The translations under genes and the position numbers were made by a program. 63,661 nucleotides of DNA from an uncultured Clostridia bacterium (GTDB lineage: Bacteria; Bacillota; Clostridia; TANB77; CAG-508): NCBI GenBank assembly GCA_944391575.1, contig CALXUC010000004.1:1-63661 (forward strand), read 5' to 3'. The notes beneath the pieces are model-generated. The model saw only the letters and a program-made list of their open reading frames with translations, was not told the DNA's origin and searched no databases. This document shows positions 17,794 through 25,645 of this stretch, piece after piece (position 1 is the stretch's first letter; each line of letters opens with the position of its first letter).

Positions 17794-18003
17794 ATGAAAG
17801 AAAAACCAACAATTATTTGTGTTACGCCAGATAAAATTGAAAAATGTAATAAAGGAGAGCGAAATTGTGATCCATGTTTTCCTAAATGTAATCCGGATTG
17901 TAGACCAGAAAATGAAACTTGTAGTGCAACATGTTGGCCATATTGTAATCCGGATTGTAGCCCAGAAAAATCTTGTAGTCCTTCTTCTTGTTTTCCATCA
18001 TGA
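17794..18003 (+). CDS. 69-aa Cys/Pro-rich small protein (12 Cys; repeated C-N-P-D-C units): RiPP precursor, metallothionein-like or spore-coat-like candidate
   Basis: GGAGG 5 nt upstream of ATG 17794. MKEKPTIICVTPDKIEKCNKGERNCDPCFPKCNPDCRPENETCSATCWPYCNPDCSPEKSCSPSSCFPS. 17-nt DNA repeat TGTAATCCGGATTGTAG at 17887-17903 and 17944-17960. Confidence 0.55.
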   Translation: MKEKPTIICVTPDKIEKCNKGERNCDPCFPKCNPDCRPENETCSATCWPYCNPDCSPEKSCSPSSCFPS

Positions 18004-18032
18004 TAATTTATAAATCTTAATTTGGTGATTAT

Positions 18033-18542
18033 ATGAAGTTAAACATAGATTATGAGAATTTTATATTTGAGGATATAAATAAAAATAATATCGATGAATT
18101 ATATAGTTTATTAAGTTGTTATAATAAATTTAATAATAAATTCCCATCTAAAACTACTTTTTTTAAAAATTTTGTATATGAGGATTATTTAGATTATTTA
18201 GTTATAAAATCAAATAAAACACGAATATACCATGGAATATGTAACTTAATAGACATAAATTATATTGATAGATATGTGTATATTAATGTTTTTTTAAAAG
18301 ATTTATCTAAAAAAGATAGTAGCAGTGTGATTTATAAATATATAGATTATTTGTTTAATATTTACCCTATTAGAAAAGTTTATTATGAAGTCTATTTACA
18401 CGAAATAGAAATTGCTACTTACTTAAAAAAACTAGGTTTTAATATAGAAGTTAAATACAAAAATTACCAGTACTATAATCAAAAATATTATACAAAGTAT
18501 TTGTTGACTTTAAATAGGAGAGATTTTTATGGCGAAAAATAG
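18033..18542 (+). CDS. GNAT-like acetyltransferase (RimJ/RimL-type), divergent
   Basis: C-terminal half IRKVYYEVYLHEIEIATYLKKLGFNIEVKYKNYQYYNQKYYTKYLLTL follows the GNAT pattern (h-V..-N..-a..-yeKlGF..EG..r). No canonical Q/RxxGxG/A seen. Confidence 0.5.
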   Translation: MKLNIDYENFIFEDINKNNIDELYSLLSCYNKFNNKFPSKTTFFKNFVYEDYLDYLVIKSNKTRIYHGICNLIDINYIDRYVYINVFLKDLSKKDSSSVIYKYIDYLFNIYPIRKVYYEVYLHEIEIATYLKKLGFNIEVKYKNYQYYNQKYYTKYLLTLNRRDFYGEK

Positions 18543-19053
18543 TTTTTTAGAATTAAGAAATAAAGTGCGTTTAGAAAAATATAATGAGAAATATTTAAAA
18601 GAATTGTATAATATTTTTTTATTATATAATGGTAAAGAATTTATAAGGTATGAAAAAAATTTTTTTAATTCACATTATTTTGAATATAATCTCTTAAAAA
18701 AATTAAAAACACGATATATTAAATTTAGGGTGTTAAAAAATACCGAAAATGGAGAATGCCTTGGATTTATATATTGCTATAATTATGAAGAAATAAATGA
18801 AACTATTTTTTTTGATATTTTAGTAAAAAATGAAAAATATTATGAAGAATATATGATAGAAATTATTAAACAATATTTGAGTAATATAAGAAAAGAAAAA
18901 AATATAAGATTAATATATTCTCATTCTTTATCAAATCAAGATTTAAAGATATCTTTTTTAAAGCAATGCAACTTTAAAGTAATAGGCAAGATGAAGGAAT
19001 ATAGATATTATAACGGATGTTATTTAGATATGAAAATATTACAGTTATTTTAA
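18529..19053 (+). CDS. GNAT-like acetyltransferase paralogue, divergent
   Basis: Overlaps the previous gene by 14 nt. IRLIYSHSLSNQDLKISFLKQCNFKVIGKMKEYRYYNGCYLDMKILQL has the same architecture as the upstream ORF. Confidence 0.5.
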   Translation: MAKNSFLELRNKVRLEKYNEKYLKELYNIFLLYNGKEFIRYEKNFFNSHYFEYNLLKKLKTRYIKFRVLKNTENGECLGFIYCYNYEEINETIFFDILVKNEKYYEEYMIEIIKQYLSNIRKEKNIRLIYSHSLSNQDLKISFLKQCNFKVIGKMKEYRYYNGCYLDMKILQLF

Positions 19054-19068
19054 TTAAGGAAGTTATAT

Positions 19069-20055
19069 ATGATATGCTTAAAATTTAAAATTAATATATA
19101 TATAATATTAATAAATAGTATGATTGCAGAATTGAATAAAGTTTTATATAAATATGAAGAAGCTATGAACTTTGGTGACAAATATGAATTATATATAAGA
19201 GAGGGAATTGAAAACATTATAAAAAATATGGATATATTTGGCTCTTTTGAAAATATTCAAAAGATAAAATATGAATTTAATAAAATAAAGTATATAATAG
19301 AAAAATATGTTGAAGATATATCGTTAGAAGAATTAGAAAATTGTTTTAAATGTAACATTACTAATGGAGAAAAAATATTTTGTATATTAAAATTTATGTC
19401 TATACAGCAGGAAGCAGAAAGCATTATAAAAGAAACCGAAATATACAAGAATAAAATAGAAAAAGAATGGCGTAAACTTTTATCTATATTAAATAATTAT
19501 ACAGAGAACATATTGAATTATAATACAATGATTAAAGGTAGTGTATATATTGTACCGCCAAAATGCTATGTAGGACAAGCAGATTTAGAATCTGAAAGCG
19601 TTAAAATAATATATGGTTCTAAAGTTACAAACGGAAATATTAAGAAAGATATAATATATATATATCATGAAATACTGCATAATCCAGTTTTATCATATGA
19701 AAAATTTAAAAAAGACAAAACTGAAGTGCATACATTTATAAAAGTGATTGCAGATAGACATTTAAATTTCTTAATAAATAATGAGAATTTTTTTAAAGTC
19801 AACGACACTTTAGAGTTTATAAAAATATACCCATATTGGCTATTATTTATGTATGGAAAACAAAATAAAAAAAGAATAGAGTATATGATTAAAAGAGAGT
19901 TGAAATTTTTCCATAATGAAGAATATGATATTTCTAAAATAGACGAATATTTTCAATTAGTTCTAAATTTAGAATTAACAAAAAATATTGATATAGTTAC
20001 TTTTATTCAAAATTTTAATAATGTTTTATTAGAAAGCGATATAAAAAAATTGTAA
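19069..20055 (+). CDS. Hypothetical protein with a single HExxH motif (possible metallopeptidase)
   Basis: AAGGAAG RBS. IYIYHEILHNP is the only recognisable motif. No TM or signal peptide evident. Confidence 0.4.
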   Translation: MICLKFKINIYIILINSMIAELNKVLYKYEEAMNFGDKYELYIREGIENIIKNMDIFGSFENIQKIKYEFNKIKYIIEKYVEDISLEELENCFKCNITNGEKIFCILKFMSIQQEAESIIKETEIYKNKIEKEWRKLLSILNNYTENILNYNTMIKGSVYIVPPKCYVGQADLESESVKIIYGSKVTNGNIKKDIIYIYHEILHNPVLSYEKFKKDKTEVHTFIKVIADRHLNFLINNENFFKVNDTLEFIKIYPYWLLFMYGKQNKKRIEYMIKRELKFFHNEEYDISKIDEYFQLVLNLELTKNIDIVTFIQNFNNVLLESDIKKL

Positions 20056-20062
20056 AAAAGAC

Positions 20063-20091
20063 TTGCTTTTTGTAAAATTATAAGTTATAAT
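20063..20091 (+). promoter_or_regulatory. Sigma-A-type promoter upstream of the first pilin paralogue
   Basis: TTGCTT (20063-20068) -17 nt- TATAAT (20086-20091). Confidence 0.5.
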
Positions 20092-20129
20092 AAAAAGTGA
20101 AAGGATAAAAAAATAAGGAGGATTTAACC

Positions 20130-20546
20130 ATGAAAAATATATCTATGAAAAAGGCGTTAGCTATGCTAGTGATTGCATTACTAATAGTATCAGTTTCAAC
20201 ATTATGTTTTGCAGACGTTCCTGATCCAGATTTCATTTCAGGAGACGCTGGCTCAGCTGGAACTGGAATTACAAATGTATCTGATATGGTATTAGGTATC
20301 GTTCAAATAATTGGTGTAGCAGTAGCAGTAATTATGTTAGTAGTATTAGCTATTAAATATATTTCAGCAGCTCCAGGTGAAAAAGCAGATATTAAGAAAA
20401 GTGCATTTGTTTATGTTATTGGTGCATTACTATTATTTGGTGGCGTAGCATTCTTACAAATTATACAAAATGCTGGAAACGAATTACAAGATGCGACAGC
20501 TGTTGTAACTGTAAATGAACAAAAAGCAGATATAGAAGTTGCCTAG
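20130..20546 (+). CDS. VirB2/TrbC-like T4SS pilin-family protein, paralogue 1
   Basis: Signal peptide ending CFA/DV, then two TM helices joined by a short charged loop: GIVQIIGVAVAVIMLVVLAIKYISAAPGEKADIKKSAFVYVIGALLLFGG. Hairpin GCCTA/TAGGC plus T-run at 20541-20565. Confidence 0.65.
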   Translation: MKNISMKKALAMLVIALLIVSVSTLCFADVPDPDFISGDAGSAGTGITNVSDMVLGIVQIIGVAVAVIMLVVLAIKYISAAPGEKADIKKSAFVYVIGALLLFGGVAFLQIIQNAGNELQDATAVVTVNEQKADIEVA

Positions 20547-20635
20547 TTATTAGGCAATTTTTTTTTGCCCAAAATTATTGCATTTTGTCAAAAAATAAGA
20601 TATAATTAAATTAATCTAGTAAGGAGCGATATAAA

Positions 20636-21061
20636 ATGAAAAAAATAAATTATAAAAAAATATTATTAATAATTATTATAGCTGTTATAATACTTTCAAT
20701 ATCTACAGTATCTTTTGCAAGATTAACTGATATAAGTTCAGGTGCAAGTGTACCAGGAGGAGAAAAAATAAAAAGTATAGGTTCAACTATATTAGGTGTT
20801 GTACAGATAATTGCAGTAGTAGTAGCATTAGTAATGTTAATAGTTTTAGCAATAAAATATATGACTGCAGCTCCAAGTGAAAAAGGAGAAGTTAAGAAAA
20901 GTTTAATTATATACGCAGTAGGTGCATTAATTTTATTTTCAGGAGCAGGATTATTAAATATAATTCAAGCAATGGGCAATCAAATAAATAGTGGTGCTAA
21001 TATTAATGATAATACTTTATTAAATAACAAGCCAACAACTTCTGTAATTAAATTAGCATAA
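20636..21061 (+). CDS. VirB2/TrbC-like T4SS pilin-family protein, paralogue 2
   Basis: Same architecture: SFA/RL cleavage-like site, GVVQIIAVVVALVMLIVLAIKYMTAAPSEKGEVKKSLIIYAVGALILFSG. Own TTGCAT-17-TATAAT promoter-like site at 20578-20606. Confidence 0.65.
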   Translation: MKKINYKKILLIIIIAVIILSISTVSFARLTDISSGASVPGGEKIKSIGSTILGVVQIIAVVVALVMLIVLAIKYMTAAPSEKGEVKKSLIIYAVGALILFSGAGLLNIIQAMGNQINSGANINDNTLLNNKPTTSVIKLA

Positions 21062-21137
21062 ATAGTATTTGAGGAAAAGTAAAAATATGCTATTAAATAA
21101 AATATTTTAAATCCTAAAAGAAAGGGATGAATAAAAG

Positions 21138-21485
21138 ATGAAAAAAGTTTTAAGTATATTGTTAATATTCATAATTATAATATTTATGTTATCAAATGTA
21201 GTACTAGCTGATCCAATATCTGCAATGGAAGATTTCGATTCTGGCTCTGGAACTTCAACTTTAAGTACAGTAGGTAGTAAATTGTATGGAATTATTTTAA
21301 TTGTAGGTAGTATAGTAGCAATCGTTACTTTAGTAATAATGGCTATAAGATTTATGACAGCGGCACCAGATGAAAAAGCAGAAATAAAGAAAAACTTGAT
21401 AGGTTTTACAGTAGGTGTTTTAATTTTAATATGTACACTTACAATATTAGGAATACTTCAAAATATTGGTCAATCAATAAATTAA
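21138..21485 (+). CDS. VirB2/TrbC-like T4SS pilin-family protein, paralogue 3
   Basis: VLA/DP site, GIILIVGSIVAIVTLVIMAIRFMTAAPDEKAEIKKNLIGFTVGVLILICT. Confidence 0.65.
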   Translation: MKKVLSILLIFIIIIFMLSNVVLADPISAMEDFDSGSGTSTLSTVGSKLYGIILIVGSIVAIVTLVIMAIRFMTAAPDEKAEIKKNLIGFTVGVLILICTLTILGILQNIGQSIN

Positions 21486-21489
21486 AAAG

Positions 21490-21570
21490 AAAGTATCTGC
21501 GAATTGTACTGAACCCAAATTATTAGACAAAAAAGTTTAATAAGGAGGGTTCAGTACATGTAGATACTTT
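21490..21570. terminator. Long imperfect hairpin / bidirectional terminator after the pilin genes
   Basis: AAAGTATCTGCGAATTGTACTGAACCC (21490-21516) pairs with GGGTTCAGTACATGTAGATACTTT (21547-21570), then a T-run. The left arm contains ATCTGCGAATTGTA, identical to the outer arm of repeat A2. Confidence 0.55.
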
Positions 21571-21616
21571 TTTTTCTAGGAAAATTTATTTTAATGTATT
21601 CTTCATAACAACAATA

Positions 21617-21712
21617 TTATTTGTTATTTTCTTGATTTTGATTATTTTTGCTATTGTTTTTATTATTGTTGTTATTTTTATTGTTGTTATTATTTTTATT
21701 TTTTTCTGACAT
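21617..21712 (-). CDS. Possible 31-aa Asn/Lys-rich micro-ORF (MSEKNKNNNNNKNNNNNKNNSKNNQNQENNK)
   Basis: Not in the ORF track (<60 aa). GAGGAGG sits 8 nt upstream of the ATG (complement of 21710-21712). The sequence is an imperfect AAT/AAC/AAA microsatellite, so coding is uncertain. Confidence 0.25.
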   Translation of the reverse strand: MSEKNKNNNNNKNNNNNKNNSKNNQNQENNK

Positions 21713-21873
21713 ATGAGGCACCTCCTCTAAAAATTCATTAATAATATTATGACCAAAATTTTCTAAAATATACTATTGTGAAAAACTTTTTTTTGATATA
21801 TAATAATGACGCATGTATATCACAATTAAAAAACTAAATAATATAATAATAAAAGAAAGGTCAGTGATAGAGT

Positions 21874-23334
21874 TTGGAAAATAAAAAATTAGAAGAATTT
21901 AACCAAAAATTGAAATCAAGTAAAATTGCTATAATAGGTTTAGGAGTAAGTAATATTCCACTAATAAAGTATTTAAAAAATTTGAATGCAAATGTAGTTG
22001 TGTTTGATAAAAGAGATATAGAAAAAATTGACAATAATATTATTAAATATTTAAGAGAAAATAATATTGTAGGTAATTTTGGTGAAAAATATCTAGAAAA
22101 TTTAAAAGGATTTGATATAATATTCCGTTCTCCAAGTTGTAGACCAGATACTCAGGAGCTTCTTGAAGAAAAAAAACGTGGTGCTATAATTACATCAGAA
22201 ATAGAAATGGTAGTAAAATTATGTCCAGGTAAAGTTATAGGAATAACTGGAAGCGATGGTAAGACCACTACAACTAGTTTAATATATGAAATTTTAAAAA
22301 AGGCAAACTATAATTGTTATTTAGGCGGTAATATAGGAACACCGTTATTTGATAAATTACCAGATATGAAAAAGGAAGATATAATTGTACTAGAATTAAG
22401 TAGTTTTCAATTAATGGATATGGAAGTAAGTCCTAATATATCTGTTATTACTAATATAACACCAAATCATTTAGATATACATAAATCGTATGAAGAATAT
22501 ATAGATTCTAAAAAAAATATTTTCAAATTTCAAACAGAAAACGATATTTTAGTTCTAAATTACAATGATGAAATTGTTAAAAATTTTGAAAAGGAAGCAA
22601 AAGGTAAAGTAGTATTCTTTAGTAAGGAAAGTAAACTAGAAAATGGCGTAATGTTGAATGATGATATTATAAAATATGCCGAAAACGGTATAAGAAGACA
22701 ACTGTTAAATGTAAAAGATGTAAAATTAAGAGGAAGACATAATTATGAAAATATTTGTACTGCAATAGCTGCAACATATACATTAGCAGATTTTGATATT
22801 ATTGTTGAAGCCGTAAAAGAATTTAAAGGCGTAGAGCATAGGATAGAATTTATAAAAAATATAAATGGAGTAAAATGGTACAATGACTCTATAGGAAGTA
22901 GCCCAACTAGAACTATAGCAGGCTTGAGAGCTTTTGACGAAGATGTAGTATTAATAGCAGGTGGGTATGATAAACATTTAGATTATACTCCGTTAGCAAA
23001 ACCTATTTTAGAAAAAGTAAGTACGCTTATACTATTAGGTCAAACGGCTAAAAAAATAGAAAATTCTGTAAAAAATGAAGTAGAAAAATTAAACGGTGAA
23101 ATCTATGAAGAAAATAATCATCAACTTTTAAAGTATAATATTGATAATGTAGAAAAAATAATAAAATTATATATGGTAGATTCATTAGAAAAAACTGTAG
23201 AAATAGCATATAAAGAAGCTACAAATAAAGATGTAGTATTATTTTCTCCAGCAAGTGCAAGTTTCGATATGTTTAAAAATTTTATGGAAAGAGGAGAAAA
23301 ATTTAAAAAATTAGTAAATGATATATCTGAGTAA
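21874..23334 (+). CDS. murD: UDP-N-acetylmuramoylalanine--D-glutamate ligase MurD
   Basis: TTG start. GLGVSNIPL Rossmann-like N-terminus, GITGSDGKTTT, NITPNHLDIH, SPASASFDMF. Confidence 0.92.
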   Translation: MENKKLEEFNQKLKSSKIAIIGLGVSNIPLIKYLKNLNANVVVFDKRDIEKIDNNIIKYLRENNIVGNFGEKYLENLKGFDIIFRSPSCRPDTQELLEEKKRGAIITSEIEMVVKLCPGKVIGITGSDGKTTTTSLIYEILKKANYNCYLGGNIGTPLFDKLPDMKKEDIIVLELSSFQLMDMEVSPNISVITNITPNHLDIHKSYEEYIDSKKNIFKFQTENDILVLNYNDEIVKNFEKEAKGKVVFFSKESKLENGVMLNDDIIKYAENGIRRQLLNVKDVKLRGRHNYENICTAIAATYTLADFDIIVEAVKEFKGVEHRIEFIKNINGVKWYNDSIGSSPTRTIAGLRAFDEDVVLIAGGYDKHLDYTPLAKPILEKVSTLILLGQTAKKIENSVKNEVEKLNGEIYEENNHQLLKYNIDNVEKIIKLYMVDSLEKTVEIAYKEATNKDVVLFSPASASFDMFKNFMERGEKFKKLVNDISE

Positions 23335-23489
23335 TCTTTCTATAATATATGTACTTTAAAAATCTGTTGAGAATAATTGAATTAAATTAAAAAATTCATC
23401 TTGTAAAAAATATAAATGTAATAATTTGTTCAGTATATAAAAAAATTTTCAGTATATAATAACTATATATTAAGAGGAGGTTATTGTAT

Positions 23490-23936
23490 ATGAAAATAAA
23501 AGAATGTATGTGTAATGAAACTGTTTTTGCAAAGCCAGAAACAACAGTGGAAGATGTGGCAAAACAAATGAAAGATAATCATGTTGGTTGTATCCCTGTA
23601 TGTGACAACAACAAAAAAATAGTAGGTTTAGTTACAGATAGAGATGTTGTTTTAAGATGTATAGCATGTAATAAAGATGCTAAAACTGTTCCAGTAAGCG
23701 AAATAATGACAACTAAGCTATATACAGCAGGTCCAGATGAAGATATAGAAAACGCAACAGAAAAAATGTGTGATGGTAATGTTAAGAGAATACCAATAGT
23801 AGAACCTAATGGTTGTTTAAGAGGAATGTTAACAATATCAGACTTATCTGCAAGTCCTTTATGTTCAACAGAAACAGTAGGATATATTGTAGAAGAAATT
23901 TGCGGTTGCAATAGTAAAAATAAAAATGCTGAATAA
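23490..23936 (+). CDS. CBS-domain pair protein
   Basis: GAGGAGG RBS. Two CBS repeats (HVGCIPVCDNNKKIVGLVTDRDV; VKRIPIVEPNGCLRGMLTISDL). Confidence 0.8.
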   Translation: MKIKECMCNETVFAKPETTVEDVAKQMKDNHVGCIPVCDNNKKIVGLVTDRDVVLRCIACNKDAKTVPVSEIMTTKLYTAGPDEDIENATEKMCDGNVKRIPIVEPNGCLRGMLTISDLSASPLCSTETVGYIVEEICGCNSKNKNAE

Positions 23937-23961
23937 TATATTATTATAGTATTAATAAAAG

Positions 23962-24190
23962 TCTTGATATAATAGCTATTTTAAATAATGTGAATGTGAG
24001 TAAAAATAATTTAATAAATGTCTTGATATATAGTGATTTTAAATATAGCGAATGTGAATAAAAATAATTAGGGGTTCTATGCAGATTTATGGAAAGGGTT
24101 CGCGTCTCGCGGAAGGGTGCCATAAATCAAATTAGAGCCCCTATATGTTTTTATGAGCTGAGCAAATATTTAAAATCACTATATATCAAG
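23962..24190 (+). repeat. Palindromic intergenic element, family C copy 1 (duplicated left arm plus foreign GC-rich insert in the loop)
   Basis: Arms CTTGATATATAGTGATTTTAAATA (24022-24045) / exact reverse complement (24167-24190). An extra left-arm copy lies at 23962-24013. Related copy at 43861-43978 lacks the 24070-24142 insert. Confidence 0.7.
24070..24142 (+). other. About 73-nt GC-rich structured insert (candidate small RNA / nested mini-element)
   Basis: P1 AGGGGTTCTA (24070-24079) / TAGAGCCCCT (24133-24142). P2 GATTTATGG (24084-24092) / CCATAAATC (24120-24128). Inner CGCG-TCT-CGCG hairpin flanked by AAAGGG / AAGGG. Strand and function unknown. Confidence 0.3.
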
Positions 24191-24252
24191 GTTTTAATAT
24201 TTAATTGTAATATATAACTTTTTTTTACATATAATAATATTGGTGAAGTATT

Positions 24253-25350
24253 TTGGTAGTAGATTTTGGATATTGGACAAGAGTATTAAAGAAGCTATTA
24301 ATTGCAGTATTTATAATAATAGGATTATTTTTAGCAATAAAATTAAGCATATTTTATTTGCCGTTTTTAATAGCCTTTATAGTTTCTTTAATACTAGAGC
24401 CAATTATAAGATTTGTAAAAAATAGGACAACTCTCACAAGAAAGACTTGTGCTATCATAGTTATGGTAGTATTTGCTGTGTTAATAATATGTTTATTAGC
24501 ATGGGGGATAATTACATTGATTTCGGAAGCTTCAAATTTGTTATCTGGTTTAAATGGATATTACAATAAATTTAACGAACTTGTGCAAAAAATTTTATAT
24601 GATACAGGTTTCTCAAAATTACAATTACCAGATGAAGTAAAAAAGATTATAGATAATTCTTCACAAGAAGTTTTAGAATTTGGATCTAATTATGTGAAAA
24701 ATTTCTTAACTAATCTTTTAAATTCTCTTGCTTCACTCCCAATAATAGGTATTTATGTAGGAGTAACGTTTATTGCAATATATTTTATGTGTGCAGATAG
24801 AATTTATATACTAGACGAAGTAGAACATCATTTACCTAAAATATGGGTAAAAAAATTAGGAAAGCATTTAAGAGAAATAATAGAATCGCTAGGTTCGTTT
24901 TTAAAAGCAGAAGTAATACTTGTAGTTATATCTTTTATAGAAGTTTTGATAGGGCTATATTTATTTAAAGTATTTGGATTAAACATAGAATATCCATTTT
25001 TAATGGCGTTATTAATAGGGTTCGTAGATGCGATACCAATACTAGGTTCAGGTACAGTAATGATACCTTGGGCAGTTATAGTTGCAATAAATGGAGATAT
25101 AACATTAGCAATCGCCATAACAGTGCTATGGATAATTATATCAATAATAAGACAATTACTAGAACCTAAAATAGTAAGTAAACAATTAGGAATACATCCA
25201 ATTTTCACATTAATAGCTATGTATACAGGATTAAAATTAATAGGAATAGCAGGATTAATAATAGGTCCAATCGTGTTAATAATATTTAAAAATATATTCG
25301 GTACATTTATAGATAAAGGTGTGTTTAAAACAATATTTGATAGAAAATAA
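24253..25350 (+). CDS. ytvI: AI-2E family transporter / sporulation integral membrane protein YtvI-like
   Basis: GTG start. About 8 TM segments. YLPFLIAFIVSLILEPIIRF, GFVDAIPILGSGTVMIPW, EPKIVSKQLGIHP. Confidence 0.75.
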   Translation: MVVDFGYWTRVLKKLLIAVFIIIGLFLAIKLSIFYLPFLIAFIVSLILEPIIRFVKNRTTLTRKTCAIIVMVVFAVLIICLLAWGIITLISEASNLLSGLNGYYNKFNELVQKILYDTGFSKLQLPDEVKKIIDNSSQEVLEFGSNYVKNFLTNLLNSLASLPIIGIYVGVTFIAIYFMCADRIYILDEVEHHLPKIWVKKLGKHLREIIESLGSFLKAEVILVVISFIEVLIGLYLFKVFGLNIEYPFLMALLIGFVDAIPILGSGTVMIPWAVIVAINGDITLAIAITVLWIIISIIRQLLEPKIVSKQLGIHPIFTLIAMYTGLKLIGIAGLIIGPIVLIIFKNIFGTFIDKGVFKTIFDRK

Positions 25351-25397
25351 GGAAGGGGAGAAAAATTATTCTCCCCAAAGTCTCGATAATAATTATA

Positions 25398-25541
25398 TTA
25401 GAATCCAGATTCCTCCATCGTCAAGAGGGTTTCTTGGATATACTGTAACCGGATATTATCTATCTGGTCATTATAATAGTTGTAGCAAACTCCAAAAGTG
25501 CAAGTGATGCCAATAATAAGACCAATGATAAAACCGCGCAT
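25398..25541 (-). CDS. Possible 47-aa small membrane protein (MRGFIIGLIIGITCTFGVCYNYYNDQIDNIRLQYIQETLLTMEESGF)
   Basis: Not in the track (<60 aa). GGAG sits 7 nt upstream of the ATG. Followed on the minus strand by hairpin GGGGAGAA/TTCTCCCC (25355-25376). Contains an in-frame CGG-T (complement of 25449-25451). Confidence 0.35.
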   Translation of the reverse strand: MRGFIIGLIIGITCTFGVCYNYYNDQIDNIRLQYIQETLLTMEESGF

Positions 25542-25645
25542 TTTAAACTCCATATGGTTAAAGGTTAGGTTACAAAGTTACCAAAGAAACATATATAAAA
25601 ATATTATGTAATAATTATACCATATTTTAAAAAATATATCAAATT

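Noticed and set aside
17887-17960. ATCCGGATTGT in the Cys-peptide gene resembles the ACCCGGATTGT core of the intergenic repeats.
   Set aside because: A 10/11-nt match only. In the peptide gene it is explained by the codons for N-P-D-C, with no flanking arm similarity. Probably coincidence.
21590-21715. Possible CRISPR-like or tandem-repeat array (ATTGTTGTTATT... periodicity).
   Set aside because: Short imperfect AT-rich microsatellite with no repeat-spacer structure and no cas genes in the window.
25319-25507. 62-aa plus-strand track ORF after ytvI.
   Set aside because: No RBS, overlaps the ytvI end and runs through a terminator hairpin. The minus-strand 47-aa ORF with an RBS (25398-25541) is the better, though still uncertain, candidate.
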